DNA of 64,000 bases from Alphaproteobacteria bacterium. GTDB taxonomy: Bacteria > Pseudomonadota > Alphaproteobacteria > RF32 > CAG-239. Made by a program: the position numbers and the translations under genes. The notes under the pieces are model-generated. The model was not told where the DNA came from and did no database searches. It was given only the letters and a program-made list of their open reading frames with translations. Below are positions 29,219-37,228 of this stretch, piece by piece. Every line of letters begins with the position of its first letter. The stretch's first letter is position 1. The stretch is from assembly GCA_045602545.1 (NCBI GenBank), contig JAZSBR010000024.1:20749-84748 (forward strand). Reading direction: 5' to 3'.

Positions 29219-29890
29219 ATGAAATATTGCATTAAAAACACACAAGCCGGCCGATCTATGGTTGAAATTATGGGCTATATGGTGGTCAGTATGTTTTTGA
29301 TTGCCGGTATTGCAAAAGTTATTTCGGGCGCATACAGCGAATATAAAATAAGCCAAGGTTCGCTTCAAATTGCCGATTTTGCCGGAACGATTGTTAAAGC
29401 TTCGGCGGCTGATTCAAACTATTTAGAAATCGTCAACATTATAAACGGTACTTTTTCTTCAGACACCGAAACCGCAAAATTGCAAAAAGCCGAAAGATTG
29501 CGCATTATTCCGAAATCTTATCGTTTGGTTGATAATACTATTTATAATACATTCGGTGGAGAGGTTAGAGTTTCCGTGCCTTCAAGCAGTGATTTGACTT
29601 CAGATCACCCCGGTGATCAATTTGCCATACAATTTTTAGGGCTGGATCGTGATCAATGTATTGCCTTGATTACGAAAGAGTGGATAAATAACCGCGTAGT
29701 TGATTTATATGCAATCGTCTTATCTTCCGGCGGAACAAACACTTATTGGTATTGGCCTATTTATCAGCCGAATACAACGGGTGATAAACCTTTGCCGGTT
29801 AAAATGGCTGATGTTGCAGGTACCGGTTCAGGCACAAATTCCAATGGTCTTTGCGGTGATGATAACAACATAATGTGGGTGTTTAACTGA
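29219..29890 (+). CDS. Type IV pilin-like protein (class III signal peptide)
   Basis: The N-terminus MKYCIKNTQAG|RSMVEIMGYMVVSMFLIAGI has Gly at -1, Glu at +5 and a hydrophobic helix. A C-terminal Cys pair (DQC...GLC) resembles a pilin D-region. AAGGAG RBS present. Confidence 0.6.
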   Translation: MKYCIKNTQAGRSMVEIMGYMVVSMFLIAGIAKVISGAYSEYKISQGSLQIADFAGTIVKASAADSNYLEIVNIINGTFSSDTETAKLQKAERLRIIPKSYRLVDNTIYNTFGGEVRVSVPSSSDLTSDHPGDQFAIQFLGLDRDQCIALITKEWINNRVVDLYAIVLSSGGTNTYWYWPIYQPNTTGDKPLPVKMADVAGTGSGTNSNGLCGDDNNIMWVFN

Positions 29891-29981
29891 AGTTTGTTAT
29901 TATGTTGTTAATAATGCTTGCAATATAATAAATAATAATGTTACTTTTATGAAAATGTTTTTTTAATTAAGGAGAACGAAA

Positions 29982-30407
29982 ATGACTGCTTCTATTGTAT
30001 TACCACCGGATTATAAACCTTCGGCTGATGAAGAATATATGAATGAAATGCAACTTGAATATTTCAGAAAAAAGTTGGAAGATTGGAAAAAATCGATTGT
30101 TTCGCAATCGGTAGATACTTTGGATGATCTTCGCCAAGGCGGAATGCAACAACCGGACGATATTGATCGCGCGTCAATGGAAACAGATAAAGCTTTGGAT
30201 TTGCGTACAAAAGATCGCATCAGAAAACTTATTAACAAAATTGATGATGCTTTGGAACGTATTGAAGACGGCACATACGGTTATTGTGAAGAAACAGGCG
30301 AGCCTATCGGTATTGAAAGATTGGAAGCACGTCCTGTTGCCACGCTTTCTATTGAAGCGCAGGAACGTCATGAAAGAATGGAAAAAACTTTTGATGATGA
30401 AAACTGA
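29982..30407 (+). CDS. dksA: RNA polymerase-binding transcription factor DksA (Cys-poor variant)
   Basis: It has a coiled-coil region with the DxxDxA tip (DDIDRAS) and C-terminal YGYCEETGEPIGIERLEARPVATLSIEAQE. Only 1 of the 4 canonical Zn-finger Cys residues is retained. Confidence 0.88.
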   Translation: MTASIVLPPDYKPSADEEYMNEMQLEYFRKKLEDWKKSIVSQSVDTLDDLRQGGMQQPDDIDRASMETDKALDLRTKDRIRKLINKIDDALERIEDGTYGYCEETGEPIGIERLEARPVATLSIEAQERHERMEKTFDDEN

Positions 30408-30410
30408 AAA

Positions 30411-30995
30411 ATGCCGATGGAATTAGAAAAAAAAGATTTTATACTGGCATCTGGCTCTCCTCAAAGAATCGCACTGTTGAGGCAGATAGGGTTTGAGCCT
30501 AAAGAAATTTTTCCCGCCGATATTGATGAAAGCAATTTTAAAACTGAAAAACCTTTGTTATATGTGCGCAGAATGGCTTTGGAAAAGGCAGAATATGTTG
30601 CAAAAATAAAGTCAGAGCAAAATATTCTTGCTTGTGATACGATTGTTTGCGTGGGAAACAGAATTATCCATAAATCAAAGACGGCTGAAGAACAAAGAAA
30701 AGTTATGCAACTGCTTGCCGGCAGAACACACAAGGTTATCAGCTCGGTTTGCCTTATTGATAAAGGAGGCAAAGTTCATCAGCGCACGGTATCAACAAGA
30801 ATTACCATGCGTTGTCTTGATAAAGGAGAACTTGAAAGCTATATCAAAAGCGGTGAGTGGAAAGGCGTTTGCGGTTATAAAATTGAGGGCAAAATGGCAG
30901 CATATGTAACAAGACTTGTCGGAGATTATTCTTCTGTTGTCGGTCTGCCTTTGAGTGAAACAATGAATTTATTGAACGGAGTAGGAATAAGATGA
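30411..30995 (+). CDS. maf: Maf-like nucleoside triphosphate pyrophosphatase
   Basis: It has ILASGSPQR at the N-terminus and GKMAAYVTRLVGDYSSVVGLP near the C-terminus. Confidence 0.88.
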   Translation: MPMELEKKDFILASGSPQRIALLRQIGFEPKEIFPADIDESNFKTEKPLLYVRRMALEKAEYVAKIKSEQNILACDTIVCVGNRIIHKSKTAEEQRKVMQLLAGRTHKVISSVCLIDKGGKVHQRTVSTRITMRCLDKGELESYIKSGEWKGVCGYKIEGKMAAYVTRLVGDYSSVVGLPLSETMNLLNGVGIR

Positions 30996-32155
30996 AAGCT
31001 CTTAAAATTGTATATGATAAAAACGAAGATGCAACCGGATTGGCCATTTATGACGAAAGCGGTCTGATGGAAATTGATATTTTTGATGCAAAACGTGCAT
31101 TGGAAGGCAGTGTCTTTTTAGCCAAGATTGATAAAAAAATTAAGTTAGCTAATGAAAGATTCGGATTTTTGGTTAATATAGGCGAGGGCTGTGAAGCTTT
31201 TTTGAATTCATATGAACCTGTATTAAAAGAAGCAAATATGAGTGAGGGACAAAGCGTTGTTGTTCAGGTTGCTCAGGAAAAGCATGCGGAAAAGGGTGCT
31301 AAGGTTGTCAGAAATATCCAACTTGCCGGCGCATATATGGTTTTCTGTCCGTTCAAATATGATGTTGAAGTTTCAAACAAAATTCATGATGAAGAAAAAG
31401 CACAACACTTGAAGAATCTTGTCAGAGAAAATTCGCTTCTTAATGAAGGGTGGGTTTTGCGCACAATGGCGGTTGAAGCCGAAGATCAGCAAATTATTGA
31501 TGAAATGCTTAAACTGCGTGAAATTTATGAAAATATCAGAAAAAAGGCTCGCACGCTTAATGCTCCGGCCTTGTTGTATTCTAAAGAGAATCCTTTGTTT
31601 GAATATATCCGCCGATATCGTGATAGCTTGGAAGAAGTTGTTGTTGATACGCCTAATTTGGCTAAAGAGGTTGAAGAAATCTTTTCAGGCAAGGTTACCA
31701 TTCAAAAAGAAGGTTTTGAGTTTTTCGGGGTTGATGATGCCATTGTTGAAGCCTTAAATAAAACGGTTAAGCTCAAAAACGGCGGGTCATTAAGTATTGA
31801 AGAAACTCATGCTTGCGTTGCAATAGATGTTGACAGTTCCGGTATAAGTAACGGCGGATCTATTGATAATTTGAATATTGAGGCGGCAAAGGAAATTGCC
31901 CGCCAAATAAGGTTGCGTAATTTATCGGGTAAGATCGTAATTGATTTTGCCGGTTCTTCCGAATATCGTTTTATGAAAAGGGTTATAGAGGTATTGGAAG
32001 AAGAGCTTGCCGATGATGCATGCCATAGTCGCACGCTTGGGTTGAGTCGTGCCGGAAATGTTGAAATTTTGCGCCAACGTCGTCGTCCTACTTTGCGCGA
32101 TTTATATACTGTTGAATGCAAAACTTGTCAGGGAAGCGGAAGGGTTGAACCGTGA
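30992..32155 (+). CDS. rng: Ribonuclease E/G family protein (compact RNase G-like)
   Basis: It has an S1-like N-terminus (GSVFLAKIDK...GFLVNIG), the catalytic CVAIDVDSS, and C-terminal CKTCQGSGRV. At 387 aa it is shorter than E. coli RNase G. Confidence 0.75.
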   Translation: MKALKIVYDKNEDATGLAIYDESGLMEIDIFDAKRALEGSVFLAKIDKKIKLANERFGFLVNIGEGCEAFLNSYEPVLKEANMSEGQSVVVQVAQEKHAEKGAKVVRNIQLAGAYMVFCPFKYDVEVSNKIHDEEKAQHLKNLVRENSLLNEGWVLRTMAVEAEDQQIIDEMLKLREIYENIRKKARTLNAPALLYSKENPLFEYIRRYRDSLEEVVVDTPNLAKEVEEIFSGKVTIQKEGFEFFGVDDAIVEALNKTVKLKNGGSLSIEETHACVAIDVDSSGISNGGSIDNLNIEAAKEIARQIRLRNLSGKIVIDFAGSSEYRFMKRVIEVLEEELADDACHSRTLGLSRAGNVEILRQRRRPTLRDLYTVECKTCQGSGRVEP

Positions 32156-32379
32156 GTGAAAATGTAGTCAAAGTGCACAAATGCCCAATTTGCAAAAAGG
32201 TTTTTTCAGATGAAAAATATGCTCCTTTTTGTTCAAAACGTTGTGCTGATGTGGACTTGGGACGTTGGTTTAACGGTAGTTATGCCGTGCCGGCTGAGGA
32301 CTTGGATGAAATTGAAACAATAGAGCTGTATGAGGCTTTGGAAGATGAGCAAAACAAACACGAACAAAATAACAGCTGA
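32152..32379 (+). CDS. yacG: DNA gyrase inhibitor YacG (zinc-ribbon)
   Basis: It carries CPICKK...PFCSKRCADVDLGRWFNGSYAVP. Confidence 0.8.
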   Translation: MSENVVKVHKCPICKKVFSDEKYAPFCSKRCADVDLGRWFNGSYAVPAEDLDEIETIELYEALEDEQNKHEQNNS

Positions 32380-33490
32380 TAATGCGCGAATAGATATGAA
32401 GCGCGAGGGCGCAAATTTGAATATTTGCTTGAAAGGCGATTTTGTTTGCTATGATTATGATACTTCTAAAATTCTCAGTAGTATAAATTCGGAAAAAATA
32501 TCGGGAATAAAGTTTTCGGATGAGGGGATAAAAAACTGGGATTCCTCGTTGTTATTGCCGGTTTTTGAAATTATGAAAACCGCAAAACTGCAAAATATTG
32601 CGTGTAATATCAACGATTTACCTCATAATTTGCAAGAACTTTTGAATTTAGCGTTTGCTGTTGACAGAAAACCTTCGCATGGTACTGGTGAAAATGCTGA
32701 TTTTTTGGAAAGTATCGGAAAGAAGACCATAACCGTGTTGAAAAAGATAACTGATGTTAATGGGTTTATTGCCGATATTTGCAAGTCTTTCGGGCGATTT
32801 ATTGCCGGACGCTCCGTTATGAGAGGTGTAGATTTTTTTGCCGCTGTCGAAGATTGCGGGCCGAAAGCTATGGGGATTGTTATGCTTATAAGCTTTTTGG
32901 TCGGTTTGATTTTAGCCTTTGTCGGAGCCGTGCAATTAAAAGAATTCGGCGCACAAATTTATGTTGCAAGCCTTGTGGCAATCGGAATGTGCAGAATCAT
33001 GGGCGCAATTATGGTCGGGATTATTATGGCCGGTCGCACCGGCTCGGCTTATGCTGCAACAATCGGCACAATGCAGGTTAACGAGGAGCTGGACGCATTG
33101 CAGACCATGGGCTTTTCAAATATTGATTTTTTGGTTCTGCCTCGCATATTCGCTCTTGTTTTGGCTATGCCGATTTTGACGATGGTGGCTGATTTTATGG
33201 GGATGCTCGGTGGTGCTACCGTTGGTGTTTTTATGCTTGATATACCATATCAAGAGTATTGGAATTATTCGCTCAAAGCCTTTAAGCTGACCAATTTTTT
33301 GGTTGGAATTTTCCATGGACTTTGTTTTGGTTTTATTATTGCAATTTGCGGTTGCTATCAGGGAGTTAAATGCGGACGCAATGCCGACAGTGTGGGTGTT
33401 GCCACCACCAGAAGCGTTGTCAGCGCCGTTGTTACGATGATTGTGGCAACAGGCATAATAACGGTTATTTGTCAGGAGCTTGGAATATGA
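32345..33490 (+). CDS. MlaE-family ABC transporter permease with N-terminal STAS-like extension
   Basis: The C-terminal 250 aa match the MlaE/YrbE permease (GPKAMGIV..., EELDALQTMG). The N-terminal ~125 aa look like a STAS/MlaB-type domain. The start at 32345 overlaps the yacG 3' end. Confidence 0.8.
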   Translation: MSKTNTNKITADNARIDMKREGANLNICLKGDFVCYDYDTSKILSSINSEKISGIKFSDEGIKNWDSSLLLPVFEIMKTAKLQNIACNINDLPHNLQELLNLAFAVDRKPSHGTGENADFLESIGKKTITVLKKITDVNGFIADICKSFGRFIAGRSVMRGVDFFAAVEDCGPKAMGIVMLISFLVGLILAFVGAVQLKEFGAQIYVASLVAIGMCRIMGAIMVGIIMAGRTGSAYAATIGTMQVNEELDALQTMGFSNIDFLVLPRIFALVLAMPILTMVADFMGMLGGATVGVFMLDIPYQEYWNYSLKAFKLTNFLVGIFHGLCFGFIIAICGCYQGVKCGRNADSVGVATTRSVVSAVVTMIVATGIITVICQELGI

Positions 33491-34239
33491 TTGAGAATGC
33501 TCCGATAAAAGTTAAAAATATGACCATCGGTTATGATGATTTTGTGTTGCTTAAGGATGCAAATTATCAGGTTAATAAGGGCGATATATTTATTATAATG
33601 GGAGGTAGCGGCTGCGGAAAAAGCAGTATGCTTCGAGTATTGACCGGACTTTTGAAGCCACAGAAAGGAAACGTTATAATAAACGGCATCGATATAACAA
33701 AAGATTCTGAAGAATTGCAAAAAATCAGGGAAAAATCAGGCATATTATATCAAAGCGGAGCGCTGTTTTCTTCAATGACTTTGGCAGAAAATATCGCATT
33801 GCCTTTGCAACAATATTCAAATTATTCGCCGGTTACAATCAGGGAAATGGCTTCATTAAAGCTTTCTCTTGTTGGGTTGGCAGGGTTTGATGATTTTTAT
33901 CCTTCGGAAATCAGCGGTGGTATGAAAAAACGTGCCGGATTGGCGCGTGCGTTGGCTTTGGATCCGGATATTGTGTATTTTGATGAGCCATCAGCCGGAC
34001 TTGATCCGATAAGCTCAAAAAATCTTGATGATTTGATTATTGAGCTTAATCGCAGTCTTGGTACAACAATTGTGGTGGTTACGCACGAATTGAGTTCTAT
34101 TTTTGCAATCGGCAACAATTCAATATTTTTGGATGCCTCAACCAAAAGCATAACGGCTCAGGGCGATCCGAAAGAGTTGTTGAAAAATCCGCCGAATAAG
34201 GAAGTATATGAGTTTTTAACCAGAGGAAAAGGAAAATAA
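33487..34239 (+). CDS. MlaF-like ABC transporter ATP-binding protein
   Basis: It has Walker A GGSGCGKSS, the signature ISGGMKKR and Walker B IVYFDEPSAGLD. Its ATG overlaps the upstream stop (ATGA). Confidence 0.88.
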   Translation: MIENAPIKVKNMTIGYDDFVLLKDANYQVNKGDIFIIMGGSGCGKSSMLRVLTGLLKPQKGNVIINGIDITKDSEELQKIREKSGILYQSGALFSSMTLAENIALPLQQYSNYSPVTIREMASLKLSLVGLAGFDDFYPSEISGGMKKRAGLARALALDPDIVYFDEPSAGLDPISSKNLDDLIIELNRSLGTTIVVVTHELSSIFAIGNNSIFLDASTKSITAQGDPKELLKNPPNKEVYEFLTRGKGK

Positions 34240-34240
34240 A

Positions 34241-35056
34241 ATGGCCAAAAAGAAGACCTATAAAATGGTGGGATTGTTTGTGGTTTTGGGTTTTGCCTGC
34301 TTGGGCGGTATAATTTTTAATTATGCAAGCAAACAATTTCTTTCTGAAGATAAAGAATATGTTGTGATGTATTTTGAAGAGACGATTCAGGGACTAAGTG
34401 TCGGCTCATCGGTGGTATTTAAGGGGGTTGAAGTAGGGCAGGTTGCCAAGATAAACCTGTTAATGGACGTGCAGACAGGCAAGTTTAAGACTCCGGTATT
34501 CATTAAGTTTCAGGAAAATAAATCTTTCAGATTGATTGATAAACAACACATGGATCCTGAAGAAACGATGAAAGTTTTGGTTGAAAAAGGTTTGAGAGCA
34601 AGGCTTGTCAACGCCAGTTTGCTGACCGGACAATTGATGATTGAGCTGAATATGGATCCTTCATCTCCGGCAAAGTTTGAGGGTGACGGTTCTCATATTG
34701 AAATTCCGACTGAAATGTCACCTTTTGAGATGATTTCAAAAGATTTACAGGAAATTCCGCTCAAAGAAACAATGTTGCGCTTAAGTGATATTGTGCAAAA
34801 AATTGATATGCAGTTGCCGGATATTTTACAAAATTTCAACGAGCGTATGCCTAAGATTTTGGAAAATATTCAACAGGTTACACAAAAAGCCAGTTCAACT
34901 ATTGATAAAAAATCTTATGAAACAAGCAAAGCTATGACCAACTTTAATTCAGCCATGGAAGATATGGGCAAAGCCAGTATTTCAATTAAAAATTTGGCTG
35001 ATTATCTGGAACGTCATCCGGAAGCACTTTTAAGAGGAAAGGAAGAAAATCAATGA
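34241..35056 (+). CDS. MCE/MlaD-family substrate-binding protein
   Basis: An N-terminal TM segment is followed by the MCE domain (GLSVGSSVVFKGVEVGQV) and a helical C-terminal region. Confidence 0.8.
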   Translation: MAKKKTYKMVGLFVVLGFACLGGIIFNYASKQFLSEDKEYVVMYFEETIQGLSVGSSVVFKGVEVGQVAKINLLMDVQTGKFKTPVFIKFQENKSFRLIDKQHMDPEETMKVLVEKGLRARLVNASLLTGQLMIELNMDPSSPAKFEGDGSHIEIPTEMSPFEMISKDLQEIPLKETMLRLSDIVQKIDMQLPDILQNFNERMPKILENIQQVTQKASSTIDKKSYETSKAMTNFNSAMEDMGKASISIKNLADYLERHPEALLRGKEENQ

Positions 35057-35622
35057 AAAAATTAAGTATATTTTTTGCCCTTTTATTAGGGGCTTGCAGT
35101 TTGGGGGGATATTCAAAAGATTCAACATTTTATATGATGAATTCAAAAGGTTTATCACCTGTTTCCTCTCGCAAAATTAATGTTGGTGTCAGCAAAGTTA
35201 AGGTTCCTGATTTATTAAATCGTTCGCAAATTGTGGTTTATGATAAGGATTCGCAAGAAGTTAATATCATGGAATTTGAGCGCTGGGGCGAGAATCTTCC
35301 ATATGTTTTGCAAAATACGGTTACCAACGATTTGCAAAGATACCTTCCGCAATCTTTTGTGAAGAGTGTTGAATATTCTTCGGAAACTTTGGATTATACC
35401 CTTAAAATAAAAGTAAATAAAATGGCGGCTTATGAAGAAGACAAGGTTGTTCTTGCGGCTTGGTGGCATATTGAAGATACGAATGGAAAGATTTTGCATC
35501 GCGATCAAGCAGAATATGAGGCAAAAATTGAAGGCGAAGAAGTGGCAGATATTGTTAAAGCCCAAAATCAGGCTGTTCATTATTTAAGCAAGGATATTGC
35601 TTTGGTTTTGAGTAAAATATAA
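35053..35622 (+). CDS. ABC-type transport auxiliary lipoprotein (PqiC/DUF330-like)
   Basis: It has the lipobox LLGAC. Its size and its position as the last gene of an Mce operon fit the PqiC/YmbA family. Confidence 0.65.
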   Translation: MKKLSIFFALLLGACSLGGYSKDSTFYMMNSKGLSPVSSRKINVGVSKVKVPDLLNRSQIVVYDKDSQEVNIMEFERWGENLPYVLQNTVTNDLQRYLPQSFVKSVEYSSETLDYTLKIKVNKMAAYEEDKVVLAAWWHIEDTNGKILHRDQAEYEAKIEGEEVADIVKAQNQAVHYLSKDIALVLSKI

Positions 35623-35641
35623 CCGCTTTTCGGATTTAATT

Positions 35642-35675
35642 AAAACCGCCCCTGTTTGATAGCAGAGGCGGTTTT
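35642..35675. terminator. Bidirectional intrinsic terminator between the Mce operon and the LRR gene
   Basis: AAAACCGCCCCTG...CAGAGGCGGTTTT has flanking A and T runs. Confidence 0.65.
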
Positions 35676-35692
35676 GTGATGTAGATAAGAAT

Positions 35693-36904
35693 TTATTTTT
35701 TGAACGTAATAATCACCGAGTTATTGTTATCATTAGTCAAAACCGCGGTGGCTTCGGCAGGTGTATAACGTTGACGGTCACACCAACCGTCGTTGAGCTT
35801 AAAACTTGCCCCGCAAGAAGACACACACTTCCCCTCTTGCCAATATTTCCCGCTTGCAACACAATCCGCGGCAGAAGTTGCCTGTTCGGAAACTTGAGAG
35901 CCCTGTTGCCCTTGCGGCTCTGATTCAGGAGCGTTTTTTGTGCACTTATTACTTACCCAATAGAATTCTGCACCTTCACAAGATGATTGTGTACTCGGCA
36001 ATTTTACACAGCCATTACTGTAATAATAATTTACTGAATTATTACACTGCGCTTCGGTTGCCTGTTGAACTTTGTTCGCTATAGAACTTCCGTATTTTTC
36101 ACTCAATTTGTTTCTGCAAGTATTAACATCGCCTAAACAAGTAATAATTGAATTTGCATTATTAGTAAAAGCGATACCAAAAGGATCATCACTCCAATTG
36201 TTAACATTTACATCATCGGTTATAATGATATTTGTTAATAAAGGTGAATTATAAAACGCACCATATCCGATTGTTTCCACATTCGGCATATCTACGCTCT
36301 GTAATGAACTTGCAAAATAAAACGCAGTCTGTCCGATTGAAGTAACATTCGGCATATCTACGCTCTGTAATTTACTTGCATCAGAAAACGCATAACTTCC
36401 GATTGAAGTAACATTTGGCATATCTACGCTCTGTAATGAACTTGCAAGTTGAAACGCATAATCTGCGATTGAAGTTACATTTTCCATACCCGTGACACCG
36501 GTTATTTTAGTATCTCCTCTAAAGGCAAATTGTCCGATATTAGTGATACCATCATTAATAACGACAGAGGTTGCTCCTTGTCTTGCCCACGGTGCATCAG
36601 AAGAATATTCTTTTGTATAACCATTTGCGGTATCTGTACCTGGTTCTGTTGCATTAAAATCCTTCATCACCACATTTGTATAGGGCTTGTTATTTGAGTC
36701 AAGCGCCGGCGTAATAGTTAAAACTTTTTCGGTTTTATCGTTATTAGTGACTGTTGTAATTACCCAACAACAATTTACTCCGCAATAATCACTATTGCTT
36801 GCATCATCTGAACCTCGTGTACCGTTCTGACAGGTCGCCCACGATTCGCTTGCTGCACCAAAAGACATTATTGCCACACTTGCCATTAAAATAAATTTAT
36901 TCAT
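35693..36904 (-). CDS. BspA-type leucine-rich repeat (LRR_5) surface protein with Cys-rich N- and C-terminal regions
   Basis: It has a signal peptide and repeats of the form SLQSVDMPNVTSIGxxAFxxAS. Its C-terminus is Cys-rich. Confidence 0.8.
   Translation of the reverse strand: MNKFILMASVAIMSFGAASESWATCQNGTRGSDDASNSDYCGVNCCWVITTVTNNDKTEKVLTITPALDSNNKPYTNVVMKDFNATEPGTDTANGYTKEYSSDAPWARQGATSVVINDGITNIGQFAFRGDTKITGVTGMENVTSIADYAFQLASSLQSVDMPNVTSIGSYAFSDASKLQSVDMPNVTSIGQTAFYFASSLQSVDMPNVETIGYGAFYNSPLLTNIIITDDVNVNNWSDDPFGIAFTNNANSIITCLGDVNTCRNKLSEKYGSSIANKVQQATEAQCNNSVNYYYSNGCVKLPSTQSSCEGAEFYWVSNKCTKNAPESEPQGQQGSQVSEQATSAADCVASGKYWQEGKCVSSCGASFKLNDGWCDRQRYTPAEATAVLTNDNNNSVIITFKK
36281..36478. repeat. 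Three near-identical 66-bp (22-codon) tandem repeats inside the LRR gene
   Basis: Units start at 36281, 36347 and 36413, each beginning ATT(C/T)GGCATATCTACGCTCTGTAAT. Flanking units are more diverged. Confidence 0.85.
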
Positions 36905-37228
36905 TATATTTTCCTTTCTTTAAAATTAAATTTTCAATACGAAAAAGCCCTCTGTTTTTTACAGCGGGCGGGGAGTTCAGAAATCATGTTTAGCGAAATG
37001 ACTATTATAGCCTTTAGCTTAAAATAAAGCTTGTACATACGCTATAATCTCCCCAACCAATGCGGGGAATTAGATACAAAAAAACAGCATCCAAAGGATA
37101 CCGTTATTTCAGGTATCGCTAAACAAAGAGCCTCTGACAGCCCCGAACCCGAAGGTCCTGAAATGGTGTTTCACCATTCTATCTATAAGTTAGCAGAAAA
37201 AATCAAATTTGTAAAGCAAAAAGTAAAA
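36905..37228 (-). promoter_or_regulatory. Structured ~290-nt leader (riboswitch/attenuator-like) between rsmA and the LRR gene
   Basis: It contains multiple hairpins, a discontinuous closing helix whose 3' strand abuts the terminator, and alternative pairings. A possible promoter TTTACA-N17-TAACTT lies near 37190-37215 on the minus strand. Details are in the findings. Confidence 0.45.
36941..36969 (-). terminator. Intrinsic terminator 37 nt upstream of the LRR gene start codon
   Basis: On the minus strand GCCCGCTGT-AAAAA-ACAGAGGGC is followed by TTTTTC. Confidence 0.7.

Noticed and set aside
33370-33486. A Cys/His/Arg-rich 39-aa N-terminal extension of the MlaF ORF (MRTQCRQCGCCHHQKRC...), which might look like a metal-binding domain.
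   Set aside because: It is an out-of-frame read of the MlaE 3' end. The ATG at 33487 overlaps the mlaE stop (ATGA) and gives a normal ABC ATPase N-terminus.
36970-37190. The LRR leader as a TPP, cobalamin, SAM-II or c-di-GMP riboswitch.
   Set aside because: By eye the key consensus elements are missing: CUGAGA/ACCUGAUCUGG for TPP, the B12 box, the SAM-II AAAGCU pseudoknot context, and the GEMM GGCAAA/ACGCAAAGC motifs. I keep it as an unclassified candidate instead.
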